A stretch of DNA of 64,000 nucleotides, from assembly GCA_965221165.1 (NCBI GenBank), contig CBDCRP010000003.1, positions 800,001-864,000 of the forward strand. Reading direction: 5' to 3'. The notes under the pieces are model-generated. The model was not told the DNA's origin, searched no databases, and saw nothing but the letters and a program-made list of their open reading frames with translations. The translations under genes were made by a program, and so were the position numbers. Below, piece after piece: positions 1 to 11,714 of this stretch (within the stretch, counting starts at the first letter, position 1; each line of letters begins with the position of its first letter). The stretch is from a bacterium (GTDB lineage: Bacteria > UBA8248).

Positions 1-26
1 TGACTGAAAAGCGGCGAGTCAAAAGT

Positions 27-320
27 TTAATGGAATTTTACTTCGGCGCCGTTCACCGCTTCCTTGAAGTGTTTTCCCGCCTTGAAGCGCACGACCCGGC
101 GGGCGCTGATGGGCGCTTCCCGGCCCGTCTTCGGGTTGCGTCCCACGCGAGCGTTCTTCTCTCTTACCTGGAATGAGCCGAAGCGCCGCAAAATGACGGA
201 CTCGCCTCCCTCGAGGGATTCCTTGATAGTCTGGATGATCGTTTCGACTGCTTCTTCCGCTTTGACTTTGCTGAGACCCGTATCGTCCGACACGAAGTTG
301 ATGATGTCGATTTTCGTCAA
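27..320 (-). CDS. HU/IHF family nucleoid-associated DNA-binding protein
   Basis: MTKIDII...FGSFQVREKNARVGRNPKTG...VVRFKAGK signature; TTG start at 320 preceded by GGGGGAG SD (the ORF-track start at 479 is too long). Confidence 0.9.
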   Translation of the reverse strand: MTKIDIINFVSDDTGLSKVKAEEAVETIIQTIKESLEGGESVILRRFGSFQVREKNARVGRNPKTGREAPISARRVVRFKAGKHFKEAVNGAEVKFH

Positions 321-509
321 AGAACTCCCCCCTCGCTCGGAGCCTCGCACCTTGTTCAAAGTGAACAATCCGGGGCGAAAAGTTCCCCAATCCTTAGGCC
401 ATCGCCTTGTTAAAAAAATAGATAACGTCTTGAGTTCAATGAAGTTTACCACTAGCCTTACAGGCGAGCAACTACCCAAAAACCATCAACACCCGAGGGG
501 CGAAAAAAG

Positions 510-1661
510 ATGATGGAACACTCCGTGCCGGAGCGAATCTCGGACATCAAACCCTTTTTGGTAATGGACATCATGGAGCGCGCCCATCAGTTGGAGGCGC
601 AGGGCCGCGAAGTGATCCATCTCGAAGTGGGGGAACCAGATTTCGACACGCCCGAGGTCATCACCCGCGCCGCCGAAGCCGCCCTTCGCGCCGGCCACAC
701 CCACTACACGGCGGCACTGGGGATTCCCGAACTGCGCGAGGAGATAGCGGATTTTTACAACCAAAAATATGGAGTATCCGTAGCACCCGAGCGCGTGGTG
801 GTGACGAACGGCACGAGCCCGGGCTTGTTGATGCTGTTCTCCGTCCTCGTCGAGGAGGGTGATGAAGTCATCATTTCAGACCCCCACTACGCCTGCTACC
901 CGGCTTTCATTCAGTCCGCCTGCGGAAAACCCGTGCGAGTCCCCACCCGCGCGGAGCATGGCTTCTCGCTGGAGGCCGAGGTCGTTCGCGACTTCATCAC
1001 CCCGAAAACCAGGGCCATTCTCATCAACTCTCCATCGAACCCCACGGGGGCGTCCTTGTCCCGCCAGGAGATGGCGGCGCTCGCCGAGCTGGGAAAACCC
1101 GTCATCTCCGATGAGATATACCACGGGCTCAACTATGAAGGTGCGGAATACACGGCTCTTCACTTTAGGGAGGATTGCTTCGTCATCAACGGTTTTTCAA
1201 AGTATTTCGCCATGACGGGCTGGCGTATCGGCTATCTCATCGTACCTCCTGAATATGTCCGCCCCCTGGAAATTTTGCAGCAAAACTATTTCGTTTCCCC
1301 CAACTCTTTCGTCCAGCACGCGGCGATCGCCGCCTTGAAAGAAGGCCTGCCGGAGGCGGAGCGCATGCGCGGCATTTATGATGAAAGACGCAAAATCATG
1401 CTCGCGCTCCTCGATGATATCGGCCTGAAAATGCTCCACGAACCTACAGGCGCGTTCTACGCCTTCGCCGATGCGCGCCCCTATGGAGAGGGCAGCCTGG
1501 AATTGGCCAAGGAAATCCTGGAGGCCACCGGCGTGGCCGTCGCGCCGGGAGCGGATTTCGGACCGGCGGGAGAAGGATTCCTCCGATTCTCCTATTGCAA
1601 CTCTATTGGAAACATCGAGGCCGGCCTCGAAAAAGTCGGGGCGTTTTTGAGGAGGCGATAA
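510..1661 (+). CDS. Class I/II PLP-dependent aminotransferase (aspartate aminotransferase-like)
   Basis: GEPDF, NSPSNPTG, SDEIY and FSKYFAMTGWRIG (PLP lysine) motifs. Confidence 0.92.
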   Translation: MMEHSVPERISDIKPFLVMDIMERAHQLEAQGREVIHLEVGEPDFDTPEVITRAAEAALRAGHTHYTAALGIPELREEIADFYNQKYGVSVAPERVVVTNGTSPGLLMLFSVLVEEGDEVIISDPHYACYPAFIQSACGKPVRVPTRAEHGFSLEAEVVRDFITPKTRAILINSPSNPTGASLSRQEMAALAELGKPVISDEIYHGLNYEGAEYTALHFREDCFVINGFSKYFAMTGWRIGYLIVPPEYVRPLEILQQNYFVSPNSFVQHAAIAALKEGLPEAERMRGIYDERRKIMLALLDDIGLKMLHEPTGAFYAFADARPYGEGSLELAKEILEATGVAVAPGADFGPAGEGFLRFSYCNSIGNIEAGLEKVGAFLRRR

Positions 1662-1692
1662 AAAACCCGCTGCCCGGTCGATCGGGCAGCGG
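1660..1692 (-). terminator. Intrinsic terminator between the convergent aminotransferase and rpoZ
   Basis: CCGCTGCCCG-gtcgat-CGGGCAGCGG perfect 10-bp stem with a T-tract on the minus strand. Confidence 0.75.
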
Positions 1693-1715
1693 CCAGCGTG
1701 GGCTTTCAAGCGAAA

Positions 1716-1991
1716 CTAATCTTCGTCGTCGAACCCGCTATCCATGATCTCGTGATCCATATCGGCCAAATCAAGCGCCGACGCAGTCTTTCGCCACTCC
1801 AGTTTTTCTTCGATAATTTCGCGGAACACGATCTGCTCGGGCGTCTCATTGGACTTTGAGGCAACCAGAGGCTCCGCACCCCGCCTGAGTTGCGCCACCC
1901 GCTTGGCGAGCAGTACCGAAAGCAAAAAACGATTCTTGACGATACCGAGTGCTTCTTCGAACATCTCATCATAAGACGTTGACACGGCCAT
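1716..1991 (-). CDS. rpoZ: RNA polymerase omega subunit
   Basis: NRFLLSVLLAKRVAQLRRGAEPLV motif; ATG at 1991 with GGAG SD. Confidence 0.88.
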   Translation of the reverse strand: MAVSTSYDEMFEEALGIVKNRFLLSVLLAKRVAQLRRGAEPLVASKSNETPEQIVFREIIEEKLEWRKTASALDLADMDHEIMDSGFDDED

Positions 1992-2069
1992 ATAGTCTCC
2001 CGCATGAGGTAAATAAAAGATGATCGGGGATGATGCGCATTCAACCGGCGCATCGCCAATCATTCGGAC

Positions 2070-2594
2070 CTAATCGAACCCTACTTGTTGAACATATATC
2101 ATTTGCAAATCGGAGTGAACCTGATTCAGGAGATTCTCCTCCTCCGGAGAAAGATTGCCTTGCGTCTTCTCCTTGAGGGAGGCGAACAAATCGACGAAAA
2201 TTTTTGAACTTCGCGGATCCGCCGTCCCCATGCGCTCACCCGTTTGCGGATGAATGCCCATCGCCGCCAAGGCGTTTTGCTGCACGATGGCGATGAGCAT
2301 CTCGAAACTCTTGTCCTCCTCCTCATCCTCGTCCGCCTCCTCGCCCGGAGGCTGCGCTTGTTCCTCGGCCTCTGGTTCCGGAACCGCCTGTGATGGAACC
2401 GGTTCTGGTTCCATTACCTCCGGTTCGGACGAAAGCGCGTCGGGCTCGGGTTTCACATGTTCATCAGCCGCATCCGGGGGGAGAATCAGCCGCTCATCGC
2501 TCGGAGCCGACGACTCTTCATCCTCATATCCCCTCACGGAGAATCTTCGGTCGGAAACCTTGAATCCCTTGCTTTCTATATTTTCATCTTCCAT
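2070..2594 (-). CDS. DUF1844 domain protein with acidic linker
   Basis: N-terminal FKVSDRR motif and C-terminal LKEKTQGNLSPEEENLL..DLQMIYV typical of DUF1844. Confidence 0.8.
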   Translation of the reverse strand: MEDENIESKGFKVSDRRFSVRGYEDEESSAPSDERLILPPDAADEHVKPEPDALSSEPEVMEPEPVPSQAVPEPEAEEQAQPPGEEADEDEEEDKSFEMLIAIVQQNALAAMGIHPQTGERMGTADPRSSKIFVDLFASLKEKTQGNLSPEEENLLNQVHSDLQMIYVQQVGFD

Positions 2595-2664
2595 CGCTTA
2601 CCCTCCGGCGCCGGGTGTCGGGGAAATCGGACCCCGCCTCCTCCCGTTTCGCCTGAATGCGCGC

Positions 2665-3813
2665 TTATCCCCAAAGAGAACCCAACTTACCGAGAATTCC
2701 CTTTTTTCCGGCGCCATTCTCCTCGGCTCCTCCAGCCCCATTCTTTTCCGCCTTTTCACGTTCGATCTCCGACAATTCGCCGAACAGCCTCTCCTCGTCC
2801 GGCGTCAATTTCGTCGGCGTCTCGACGTGCACCAAAAACATATGATCGCCGCGCCCTTTCCTGCCGAGACGCTGAAATCCCTCGCCCCTCAGCCTGAGAA
2901 CATCCGAGGACTGCACCCCCTTGGGTATCTCGAGCTCGGATTCTCCATACAGCGTCCTGACCTTCACCGTGTCGCCCAGCGCCGCCTGCGAGAACGTAAC
3001 GTACACCTGACTCGCCACGTCCGCTCCGTTACGCTCGAATTCCTCATGCGAGAGCAAGGAGACGACGACGAACAAATCACCCGCCGGCCCGCCTTTGGCG
3101 CCCCCCTCCCCCTCTTCGCGAAGACGCAGTCTGGCGTCCTCGTCCACGCCGGGGGGAATCTTGACCTTCACCTTTCGCTGCTCCAGGCGGCGTCCGGCCC
3201 CATCGCACTCCGCGCAGTGCTCGGTGATTTGCCTGCCTGCGCCGCCACAATCCGAGCAGGTGGTGGAATAAGTCATGAACCCCTGGCGGTAGGTCATCTG
3301 GCCGCTGCCCCCGCACGATGGGCACTCGCGAATCGCATCGGGCGACTTGGCCCCACTGCCGCCGCAGTAGACGCATTCCGTGGGCCGTTCGAACTCGATC
3401 TCGCGCTCGACGCCCGTAGCCGTTTCCTCGAACGTCATGTCCAACTGATAAGCGAGGTCCCGGCCTTTTCGCGGCCCGTCGCGGCGCCCGCGTCCACCGG
3501 AGAACACACCGCCGAACAAATCCCCGAAAATATCCCCGAACGAGGAGACGATATCGTCGAAACTCGAAAATCCCTGATGCCCCATTCCCCGGAGCCCCTC
3601 GTGGCCGAAGCGATCATAGGCGCTTCTCTTCTCGGGCTCGCTCAGCACCTGGTAGGCCTCGGAGGCTTCCTTGAACAATTCCTCGGCCTTCGCATCGCCC
3701 GGGTTGCGATCCGGATGATGCTTCATCGCCAGCGTGCGATACGCCTTCTTGATATCGGCGTCGCCCGCATCGCGGCCTACGCCCAGCACTTCGTAGTAAT
3801 CACGCTTGCTCAT
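2665..3813 (-). CDS. dnaJ: Molecular chaperone DnaJ (type I)
   Basis: J domain with HPD, G/F-rich region, four CxxCxGxG zinc-finger repeats. Confidence 0.96.
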   Translation of the reverse strand: MSKRDYYEVLGVGRDAGDADIKKAYRTLAMKHHPDRNPGDAKAEELFKEASEAYQVLSEPEKRSAYDRFGHEGLRGMGHQGFSSFDDIVSSFGDIFGDLFGGVFSGGRGRRDGPRKGRDLAYQLDMTFEETATGVEREIEFERPTECVYCGGSGAKSPDAIRECPSCGGSGQMTYRQGFMTYSTTCSDCGGAGRQITEHCAECDGAGRRLEQRKVKVKIPPGVDEDARLRLREEGEGGAKGGPAGDLFVVVSLLSHEEFERNGADVASQVYVTFSQAALGDTVKVRTLYGESELEIPKGVQSSDVLRLRGEGFQRLGRKGRGDHMFLVHVETPTKLTPDEERLFGELSEIEREKAEKNGAGGAEENGAGKKGILGKLGSLWG

Positions 3814-3890
3814 GCTTTCCTTTCACCCCGAAAATCGAAAACACGCGACGATACTATGAGCACGAATCTGGTTCAAGGGCGCGAGACCGG

Positions 3891-4583
3891 CTATTCGCCC
3901 GCATACTTGCCCACCGAGACGCGCGCGGGTCTTAGAACCGCGTCGCCCAGCTTATAGCCGCAAGCCAGTTCCTCCACCACCATGCCGTCTAGCGCCTCAT
4001 CGCTCACCTCGACCATGCGCACCGCCTCGTGTTCTTCGGGATTGAAGGCGACGCCCATCGCCGGGAGAGGCTCCACCCCCAGATTCGAGAGTTCCTGAAA
4101 AAACCGGCCCTGAATCATCCGAACCCCCTGCACCAGGGTTTCAAGCGCACCTCCTGCTTCCTCTTCGGGGACGCCGCCATCCACGGCCGCCGTGGCGCGC
4201 GCCAGATCATCGGCAATGTCCAAAAAACCGGACACCGCCTGTTTTTTCACTTCCTGGGTCCTGCGCTCCATCTCGCGCTCCTGGCGCGCCCTGAAATCGG
4301 CCGTATCCTTGTCGATTTTCTCGACATACTGCTTGAATTTCTCCTCAGCCGCGGCGACCTTCGCCTGGAGCTGCTCCACGTAGGCTGGCACGCGCGGTGT
4401 TTCTTCGGCCTCCCCGGCCCCCTCCTCGCTCATCTCGCCGTCTTCGCGGACGCGCCGCCTGTCCACGACGCGCGGCTTCTCCTTGGCTTCTTCTTCCGCC
4501 TCGCCCGCATCCACCGGCTCTGCGGCTTCGGCCTTCACGCCATCCCCGTTTTCCGCCTCGACCTCTACATCCTTCGCTTTCAT
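3891..4583 (-). CDS. grpE: Nucleotide exchange factor GrpE
   Basis: FNPEEHEAV and GYKLGDAVLRPARVSV motifs; ATG at 4583 with GGAGG SD. Confidence 0.92.
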   Translation of the reverse strand: MKAKDVEVEAENGDGVKAEAAEPVDAGEAEEEAKEKPRVVDRRRVREDGEMSEEGAGEAEETPRVPAYVEQLQAKVAAAEEKFKQYVEKIDKDTADFRARQEREMERRTQEVKKQAVSGFLDIADDLARATAAVDGGVPEEEAGGALETLVQGVRMIQGRFFQELSNLGVEPLPAMGVAFNPEEHEAVRMVEVSDEALDGMVVEELACGYKLGDAVLRPARVSVGKYAGE

Positions 4584-4605
4584 GAAACGCCTTCCTCCCA
4601 AATAC

Positions 4606-5466
4606 CTAGTATCTCATTTCCATCAACCGCCGAATCCTCTCCTCCATCGGCGGATGCGTACTGAAAAGACTCGCCATCCCCCCGCCCGAGAGCGGGTTGA
4701 CGATATACATGTGGGCCGTCGCCTCGCTCGCGCAGTGGAGTTCCTCGTGACGCGAGGCCTCATCCAGGCGATGCAGGGCGTTCGCCAGCCCGACCGGCGT
4801 GCCCGCGATGCGCGCCCCCGTGGCATCGGCGAGATATTCGCGCGAGCGGCTCACCGCCATCTGGAGCAGCGTCGCCGCAATGGGAGCCACTATCGCGGCG
4901 ACGATGATTCCCAGCAAGCCTCCGCCGCCGCCCTCCTCGTCGTCGCCCCTGCCGTAGGCGCCGAAAAAGGCGGCGAACTGCGCCATCTGCGCGAGATACA
5001 TGATGGCGCCCGCCAGGGAGGCGGCGATTGTGCTCAGAAGAATGTCCCGGTTTTTGATGTGGGCGAGTTCGTGCGCGGCCACGCCTTCTAGTTCCTCGCG
5101 GTTGAGATCGTGCAAAATCCCCTCGGTGAAGGCGACGGCGGCGTTCTCGGGGTTTCTGCCCGTGGCGAAGGCGTTCGGTGCATCCTCGGGAATGACGTAT
5201 ACACGCGGCATGGGCAGGTTCGCGCGCCGCGCCAGGTCCGCCACCATGCCGTAGAGTTCCGGCGCGTGTTCGGGGAGCACCTCGCTCGCGCCCGTGCTGG
5301 CGAGAACGATTTTGTCCGAATACCAATAGCTGTATCCGTTGATGCCCACCGCGAGCACCAGGGCGATGACGAGCCCGGTCGTGCCGCCGAGCAGATTGCC
5401 GATGAGCAGAATCAACCCCGTCAACAAACCGAGCAGCAAAAAGGATTTGATGGAATTCGTGCTCAT
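4606..5466 (-). CDS. htpX: Zinc metalloprotease HtpX (M48)
   Basis: [15 protein letters not shown] (HExxH), SRSREYLAD and FSTHPP motifs. Confidence 0.95.
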   Translation of the reverse strand: MSTNSIKSFLLLGLLTGLILLIGNLLGGTTGLVIALVLAVGINGYSYWYSDKIVLASTGASEVLPEHAPELYGMVADLARRANLPMPRVYVIPEDAPNAFATGRNPENAAVAFTEGILHDLNREELEGVAAHELAHIKNRDILLSTIAASLAGAIMYLAQMAQFAAFFGAYGRGDDEEGGGGGLLGIIVAAIVAPIAATLLQMAVSRSREYLADATGARIAGTPVGLANALHRLDEASRHEELHCASEATAHMYIVNPLSGGGMASLFSTHPPMEERIRRLMEMRY

Positions 5467-5870
5467 GCCCGTCTCCTCCTGACACGCACGAGCTTGGCGG
5501 AGAACGCGGGGATCATGGCCTGCATCTCGGGCGTCGCGTTGCTCATCTGCTCGCGAAAATCCTCGAACGCCCGGCTCTCGATCAATTCCTCGAGTTCGCC
5601 CAGGCGCTCGAGCGCGCTCATCAGCTTCTCGCGAAGCTCGATGATGACCTGCACGCCCGCCAAATTCACGCCCATGTCCCTCGTGAGCGCCAGGATGACT
5701 TCGAGCCGCTCCAGATCGTCTTCGGAGTAATAGCGCGTCCTGCCCTCGCTGCGGGCCGGGTCGATGAGACCCTCTCGCTCATACATCCGGAGCGTCTGCT
5801 GGTGAACCCCGAACATCTCGGCCACCGCGCTGATGGTGTAGCGTCCGTTTCTCACGCTTCTACGCGCCAT
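5463..5870 (-). CDS. hspR: MerR-family heat-shock repressor HspR
   Basis: [34 protein letters not shown] and GVNLAGV; directly downstream of a cbpA-like gene. Confidence 0.85.
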   Translation of the reverse strand: MARRSVRNGRYTISAVAEMFGVHQQTLRMYEREGLIDPARSEGRTRYYSEDDLERLEVILALTRDMGVNLAGVQVIIELREKLMSALERLGELEELIESRAFEDFREQMSNATPEMQAMIPAFSAKLVRVRRRRA

Positions 5871-5933
5871 CGCCCTCTCCCGACTCTCTCATCATCGGAC
5901 GTCTGCTCCCGCCATGCCCGTATCTATTCCTAT

Positions 5934-6872
5934 CTATAAGCTCACGCCCGTCATTTTCGCTCGTGGCGAGGTGGGGTTGCGCCTCTCTAGTTCGCGGACG
6001 ATTTCCTTACTTTCCTCATCCATCTTCTCCGGCAGCAGTACCTGGACCCTGACGAACAAATCGCCCTTGCCGGAGGCCTTGAGCTTCGGAGCGCCCTTTC
6101 CCGAAAGCCTGAAAACCTGGTCGTTCTGGGTCGAGGGAGGAATCGTCATCTTCGTCACACCCTCGAAGGTGTTGATTTCCACGCGCGCGCCCAGCAGCGC
6201 CTCGCCGAGACTGACCGGAAGATCGATATACAAATTATCCCCTTTTCGCTCGAAGAAGGGATGCTCCCGCACCTTTGTGACGATGAAGAGGTCCCCCTGC
6301 TGTCCCCCGTTCAGGGAGGCTTCTCCCTTGCCCGCCAGGCGAATGCGCGAGCCGTTCGAGACGCCGGGCGGTATTTTGACCTGAATGCGCTCCGTCGTGT
6401 GCTGGATTTTTCCGTTCTCCTGCGTGGTCTTGGGCACGGTGATGGTGGTGTTGAGCCCCTTCAGGGAATCGTCGAAACCGATTTCCATCGAGTAGTTCAC
6501 ATCCTGACCCCGCTGTGGGGCCTGTGGCTGCGCGTGGAAGCCGCCGCGCCCTGCGCCGCCGCGCGCTCCTCCGAAAACTCCGCCGAAAATATCACGCAGG
6601 ATGTCTTCCATCCCGGGGGGCGCGCCTTCGCCCCAGGGGCTGCCCCCGCCGAAGGCGGCATGTCCCATGGCGTCATACTTTCTGCGCTTATCCGAGTCCG
6701 AGAGGACGGCGTACGCCTCGCTGATCTCCTTGAAACGCTCCTCCGCATTCGCATCCCCCGGGTTGACGTCGGGGTGATACTTACGGGCCAGCTTCTTGAA
6801 GACGCGCTTCAGTTCCGCTTCCGAAGCGCTCCGGTCGATTCCCAGCACCTCGTAATAATCACGCTTGGGCAT
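5934..6872 (-). CDS. cbpA: Type II DnaJ/CbpA-like co-chaperone (no zinc finger)
   Basis: J domain with HPD and DnaJ C-terminal domain, no CxxCxGxG repeats. Confidence 0.82.
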   Translation of the reverse strand: MPKRDYYEVLGIDRSASEAELKRVFKKLARKYHPDVNPGDANAEERFKEISEAYAVLSDSDKRRKYDAMGHAAFGGGSPWGEGAPPGMEDILRDIFGGVFGGARGGAGRGGFHAQPQAPQRGQDVNYSMEIGFDDSLKGLNTTITVPKTTQENGKIQHTTERIQVKIPPGVSNGSRIRLAGKGEASLNGGQQGDLFIVTKVREHPFFERKGDNLYIDLPVSLGEALLGARVEINTFEGVTKMTIPPSTQNDQVFRLSGKGAPKLKASGKGDLFVRVQVLLPEKMDEESKEIVRELERRNPTSPRAKMTGVSL

Positions 6873-6896
6873 ACCATCCTCATGCGGGCAAGACTT

Positions 6897-8810
6897 TTAG
6901 GGCTTGTCCTTATCCACTTCCTCGAACTCCGCATCCACGACGTCGCCCGCGGGCGCGCCGTTCTCCCCGCCGCCGGACTCCGGGGCGTCGGCGGCGTCTG
7001 CCTGACTCGCCTGCTCGTACATCGCCTGCGCGAGCTTGTGCGAGGCCGCCTCGAGTTTTTCTTGCGCTTCTGTGATCTCATCCACCGTCACGTCTTCTTT
7101 CTCCAGAACCGTCCGGAGCGCGGCGATGGCGTCTTCTATCTCTTTCTTGTCCTCGGCCGAAACCTTGTCCTCGTTCTCCTTGAGCATCTTCTCCGTATTG
7201 TACGCCATGCTGTCGGCCATGTTTCTCGCCTCGACGGCCTCGCGCCGCTTCTTGTCCTCCTCGGCGTGCTCATCCGCCTCGGACACCATGTTGTTGATCT
7301 CATCCTCGGAGAGGCCGCTCGAACTCGTGATGGTGATCGCCTGCTCCTTGCTGGTACCCAGGTCCTTGGCGGAGACGTTCACGATGCCGTTGGCGTCGAT
7401 GTCGAACGTCACCTCGATCTGGGGAACGCCCCGGGGCGCGGGAGGAATGCCGACCAGGTGGAACTTGCCCAGCGAGCGGTTGCCCGTGGCCATCTCGCGC
7501 TCTCCCTGAAGGACGTGCACCTCGACGGAGGGCTGGTTGTCCGCCGCGGTGGAGAAGGTTTCGCTCTTTTTGACCGGTATCGTCGTGTTGCGCTCGATGA
7601 GCTTGGTGGACACGCCGCCCAGCGTCTCGATCCCCAAGGAAAGCGGGGTGACGTCCAGCAGCAAAACGTCCTTCACGTCTCCGGCGAGCACGCCGCCCTG
7701 AACGCCCGCGCCGACCGCCACGACCTCATCGGGGTTCACCCCCTTGTGGGGTTCTTTTCCGAAAAATTTCTCCACCGTCTCCTGCACCAGCGGCATCCGC
7801 GTCGAACCGCCCACCAGCACCACCTCGTCGATGTCTCCGGGCTGAAGCTTGGCGTCGTCCAGCGCGCGCCGACAGGGAGCCAGCGTCTTCTCCACCAGAT
7901 CGCCCGTCAACTGCTCGAGTTTCGCGCGCGTGAGCTTCAAGTTCAGGTGCTTGGGACCCGAGGCGTCCGCCGTGATGAACGGCAGGTTGATGGACGTCTC
8001 CATCGAACTCGACAGTTCGATCTTCGCTTTTTCGGATTCTTCACGCAGGCGTTGAAGCGCCATGGGATCGCCCGAGATGTCGATTCCCTGGTCTTTCTTG
8101 AACTCCTCCGCCATCCACTCGATGATCCGGTGGTCGATGTTGTCGCCGCCCAGATGCGTATCGCCGTTCGTGGCCTTCACCTCGACCACGTTGTCTCCCA
8201 CCTCCAGGATGGAGATGTCGAACGTGCCGCCGCCGAAGTCGTACACCGCGATGGTCTGATCCGCCTTCTTGTCGAGTCCGTAGGCGAGAGCGGCGGCCGT
8301 CGGCTCGTTGATGATGCGCTTCACGTCGAGGCCGGCGATTTTTCCGGCGTCCTTCGTCGCCTGGCGCTGGCTGTCGTTGAAATACGCGGGCACCGTGACG
8401 ACCGCCTCGTTCACTTTCTCGCCCAGATAATCTTCCGCTGCCTGCTTGAGCTTTTGCAGAATGCTCGCCGATATCTCGGGAGGGGCGTGTTCCTTGCCGT
8501 CGATTTTGATGCGCGCGTCGCCGTTGTCCGATTTCACGACCTCGTAGGGAACGATGGTGACTTCCTCGGGCACCTCGGCGAATCGCCTGCCCATGAAGCG
8601 CTTGACGGAGTATATGGTCTTGGTCGGGTTCGTCACCGCCTGGCGCTTGGCCACGAGGCCGACCAGCTTCTCGCTGTCATCCGTGAACGCTACGACGCTG
8701 GGCGTCGTGCGGTTCCCCTCCTGGTTGGCGATGACCGTAGGCTGCCCACCCTCCATGACCGAGACGACCGAGTTGGTGGTGCCCAAATCGATTCCGATTA
8801 CTTTCGACAT
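6897..8810 (-). CDS. dnaK: Molecular chaperone DnaK (Hsp70)
   Basis: [17 protein letters not shown] and DFGGGTFD motifs; C-terminal [10 protein letters not shown]. Confidence 0.98.
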   Translation of the reverse strand: MSKVIGIDLGTTNSVVSVMEGGQPTVIANQEGNRTTPSVVAFTDDSEKLVGLVAKRQAVTNPTKTIYSVKRFMGRRFAEVPEEVTIVPYEVVKSDNGDARIKIDGKEHAPPEISASILQKLKQAAEDYLGEKVNEAVVTVPAYFNDSQRQATKDAGKIAGLDVKRIINEPTAAALAYGLDKKADQTIAVYDFGGGTFDISILEVGDNVVEVKATNGDTHLGGDNIDHRIIEWMAEEFKKDQGIDISGDPMALQRLREESEKAKIELSSSMETSINLPFITADASGPKHLNLKLTRAKLEQLTGDLVEKTLAPCRRALDDAKLQPGDIDEVVLVGGSTRMPLVQETVEKFFGKEPHKGVNPDEVVAVGAGVQGGVLAGDVKDVLLLDVTPLSLGIETLGGVSTKLIERNTTIPVKKSETFSTAADNQPSVEVHVLQGEREMATGNRSLGKFHLVGIPPAPRGVPQIEVTFDIDANGIVNVSAKDLGTSKEQAITITSSSGLSEDEINNMVSEADEHAEEDKKRREAVEARNMADSMAYNTEKMLKENEDKVSAEDKKEIEDAIAALRTVLEKEDVTVDEITEAQEKLEAASHKLAQAMYEQASQADAADAPESGGGENGAPAGDVVDAEFEEVDKDKP

Positions 8811-8918
8811 CAATCTTTCTCCTTATCAGGATAAACAATCAAACTTTCTCAACTAAATTCCAGATATGTTCGCTCTCATGGACGCGGAATGGAAATATCC
8901 ACCCGCATCCAAAGGCAT

Positions 8919-11549
8919 TCAAGTCTTTACCGCTTCGGCCTCCATGAGTACGGCGAAGGAGAGCGCATCCGCCCCCGCCGGGTGGTCGGCCTCCACGGTT
9001 TCTCCCGCCTCGAATTCCCCGGCGAGCAGCTTCTTGCTGAGCGGATTCATGATGTGCGTCTGAATCGCCCGCTTTAAGGGCCTCGCCCCATAGACGGGGT
9101 CGTAGCCGCGCTCGGCCAGGAAGTTCTTGGCGGCGTCCGTCAGGTGCAGCTTGATTTTTTGCGCTTCGAGGCGTTTTTCCAACTCCCTCAACTGAATCTC
9201 CACGATTTCGCCGATCTGCTCTTTCGTGAGCGCGCGGAAGACGATGATCTCATCCACCCGGTTCAGGAACTCGGGCCTGAACACTCCCCGAAGCTCCCCG
9301 AGCAGTTGTTCGGACTGATCGGTCTCCTGCACCCCGCCTCCGGTGAAGCCGATTTCGGTTCGCGCAAGCTCGGCGGTTCCCACGTTGCTCGTCATGATGA
9401 TGACGGTGTTGCGGAAATCGACCGTGCGGCCGTGCCCGTCCGTGAGGCGTCCTTCATCGAGCAGTTGTAAGAGCAGGTTGAAGGTCTCGGGGTGTGCCTT
9501 TTCGATCTCATCGAGCAAAAGCACGGAATAGGGTTTTCTCCGGACGGCTTCGGTGAGTTGTCCCCCCTCCTCGTAGCCGACATATCCGGGCGGGGCGCCG
9601 ATGAGCCTGGCCACGGCGTGTTTTTCCGTGTATTCGCTCATGTCCACGCGAATCATCGCCGCCTCGTCGTCGAAGAGGAATTCCGCGAGCGCGCGGGCGA
9701 GTTCGGTCTTGCCCACGCCGGTGGGTCCCAGGAAGATGAACGAGCCGACGGGCCGGTTCTCGTCCATGATGCCCGCGCGGGCGCGGCGCACGGCTTCGGC
9801 CAGCGCCTCCACCGCCCGATCCTGCCCCACGACGCGCTTGTGGATGTTCGCCTCCATTTGCAGGAGCTTCTCCCGCTCCGCCTCGAGCAGCCTGCTCACG
9901 TTGATGCCCGTCCAGCGGCTCACGATGGAGGCCACGTCGTCTTCTGTGATTTCCTCTTTCAACATGCGGCCACTGGAGCCTTCTTCGAGGTGCGCCTCCG
10001 CTTCGGCCATCTGTTTTTCCACCGCGATAATCTCACCGTAGCGAAGCTCCGCCGCCCGGCCCAAATCTCCCTCGCGCTCGGCGCGCTGGGCTTCGGCCTT
10101 CATTTCCTCGACGCGTTCCTTGAGTTCGCGCACCCGGGAGATGGCCTTTTTCTCATCCGCCCATTGGTTTCGCTGCGCCTGGCTCTGTTCATCGAGGGTG
10201 GAGATGCGCTCGCTTATCTGCTTCAGGCGCTCCCGGCTGTCCTCGTCTTGTTCCCCCTCCAGGGCGCGCTCTTCAATGCGAAGCCTGAGAAGCTCGCGCT
10301 CCTGGCGGTCGATTTCCTTGGGCAGGCTGTCCAGCTCGAGGCGCAGACCGCTCGCGGCCTCATCGATGAGGTCGATGGCCTTGTCCGGCAGGTAGCGGTC
10401 GCTGATGTAGCGATGCGAGAGAGCGACGGCGGCGACCAGGGCGTTGTCCAGAATGCGGACGCCGTGGTGAATCTCGTATCTCTCCTTCAAGCCGCGCAGG
10501 ATGGAGACGGCGTCCTCGACACCGGGTTCGTCGACCACCACGGGCTGAAAGCGCCGCTCGAGAGCCGCGTCCTTCTCGATGTGTTTTCGGTATTCATCGA
10601 GCGTGGTGGCGCCCACGCAGTGAAGCTCCCCCCGGGCGAGGGCCGGCTTCAAGAGATTGGAAGCGTCCACCGCCCCCTCCGCGGCGCCCGCGCCCACGAC
10701 GGTGTGAAGCTCGTCGATGAACAAGACGATCTCGCCCGCGGATTCGCTCACTTCCTTCAACACGGCCTTGAGCCTGTCCTCGAACTCGCCCCGGAATTTC
10801 GAGCCTGCGACGAGGGAGCCGATGTCGAGATTGAGCAGGCGCTTGCCCTTGAGACCTTCGGGTACGTCGCCGTCCACGATACGCTGAGCCAGACCTTCGA
10901 CGATGGCGGTCTTGCCCACGCCGGGGTCGCCGATGAGCACCGGATTGTTCTTCGTGCGCCGGGAGAGCACCTGCATGACGCGCCTGATCTCCTCGCCCCG
11001 TCCCACGACGGGGTCGAGCTTGCCGGAGCGGGCCCGCGCGGTGAGGTCGATCGCGAAGCGCTCGAGCGCCTGGTAGCGGCTCTCCGCATTCTGATCGGTG
11101 ATGCGCTGGCTTCCCCGGATTTCCTTGAGCGCTGCGAGTACGGCCTCGCGGTCGAGGGAGGCTGCACGCAGGATTTTCTTGACTTCTGCGTCGCTATTCT
11201 CCAGTGCGCCCAGGAGCAGATGTTCGCCGCTCACGTATTCATCCGCCATGGCTTTCGCCTCGCGCTGCGCCGCCTGAAAGAGCGTCGCCAACTCTTGCGT
11301 GACGTACAAGGGTCCGCCGTTTGCGGCGATTTTCGGGAGTTTCTCCAAAGATGCTTCCAGTTCGCGGTTCAGCACATGTACTTTCAGCCCCGCCTTTTCG
11401 ACCAGCGGCGTAAGCACGCCTTCGGGCTGATCCAGAAGCGCCATGAGAACGTGCGCGGACGCGACGCCCTGGTGGCCTCTCATCTGGGCCGACTCCTGGG
11501 CATGCTGGAGCGCTTCTTGCGTCTTGTGGGTGAATTGCTCAAAATTCAT
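8919..11549 (-). CDS. clpB: ATP-dependent disaggregase ClpB
   Basis: Two AAA+ modules ([16 protein letters not shown]) and a coiled-coil M domain (RAAELRYG); ATG at 11549. Confidence 0.96.
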   Translation of the reverse strand: MNFEQFTHKTQEALQHAQESAQMRGHQGVASAHVLMALLDQPEGVLTPLVEKAGLKVHVLNRELEASLEKLPKIAANGGPLYVTQELATLFQAAQREAKAMADEYVSGEHLLLGALENSDAEVKKILRAASLDREAVLAALKEIRGSQRITDQNAESRYQALERFAIDLTARARSGKLDPVVGRGEEIRRVMQVLSRRTKNNPVLIGDPGVGKTAIVEGLAQRIVDGDVPEGLKGKRLLNLDIGSLVAGSKFRGEFEDRLKAVLKEVSESAGEIVLFIDELHTVVGAGAAEGAVDASNLLKPALARGELHCVGATTLDEYRKHIEKDAALERRFQPVVVDEPGVEDAVSILRGLKERYEIHHGVRILDNALVAAVALSHRYISDRYLPDKAIDLIDEAASGLRLELDSLPKEIDRQERELLRLRIEERALEGEQDEDSRERLKQISERISTLDEQSQAQRNQWADEKKAISRVRELKERVEEMKAEAQRAEREGDLGRAAELRYGEIIAVEKQMAEAEAHLEEGSSGRMLKEEITEDDVASIVSRWTGINVSRLLEAEREKLLQMEANIHKRVVGQDRAVEALAEAVRRARAGIMDENRPVGSFIFLGPTGVGKTELARALAEFLFDDEAAMIRVDMSEYTEKHAVARLIGAPPGYVGYEEGGQLTEAVRRKPYSVLLLDEIEKAHPETFNLLLQLLDEGRLTDGHGRTVDFRNTVIIMTSNVGTAELARTEIGFTGGGVQETDQSEQLLGELRGVFRPEFLNRVDEIIVFRALTKEQIGEIVEIQLRELEKRLEAQKIKLHLTDAAKNFLAERGYDPVYGARPLKRAIQTHIMNPLSKKLLAGEFEAGETVEADHPAGADALSFAVLMEAEAVKT

Positions 11550-11685
11550 GAGAGTATGCTCCGGATTTTTATGTGAAAATTTATAAAGATTAGATAAATT
11601 TCCACAAATTCCGATAAATTTCTCGGCGCCGAAAACCTCGTCAATTCCGCATGGCGGAGGCGGCCAAGGCTTTTGACACAAGAAA

Positions 11686-11714
11686 AATATAATATCTTAG
11701 TCTGTTATTGTCAA
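11686..11714 (-). promoter_or_regulatory. Sigma70-type promoter of the clpB-dnaK operon with an overlapping palindromic operator
   Basis: Minus strand TTGACA-N17-TATATT; overlapped by CTTGACA-ATAACAG-ACTAAG. Confidence 0.7.

Noticed and set aside
6261-8834. 857-aa plus-strand ORF antisense to dnaK/cbpA (likewise 9492..11576 opposite clpB and 2254..3957 opposite dnaJ)
   Set aside because: Shadow ORFs produced by codon bias of conserved GC-rich genes; the long antisense ORF of dnaK is a well-known artefact, and none has recognisable motifs.
11673-11693. Perfect TTGACA and TATAAT hexamers on the plus strand
   Set aside because: The spacer is only 9 nt; the correctly spaced promoter is on the minus strand.
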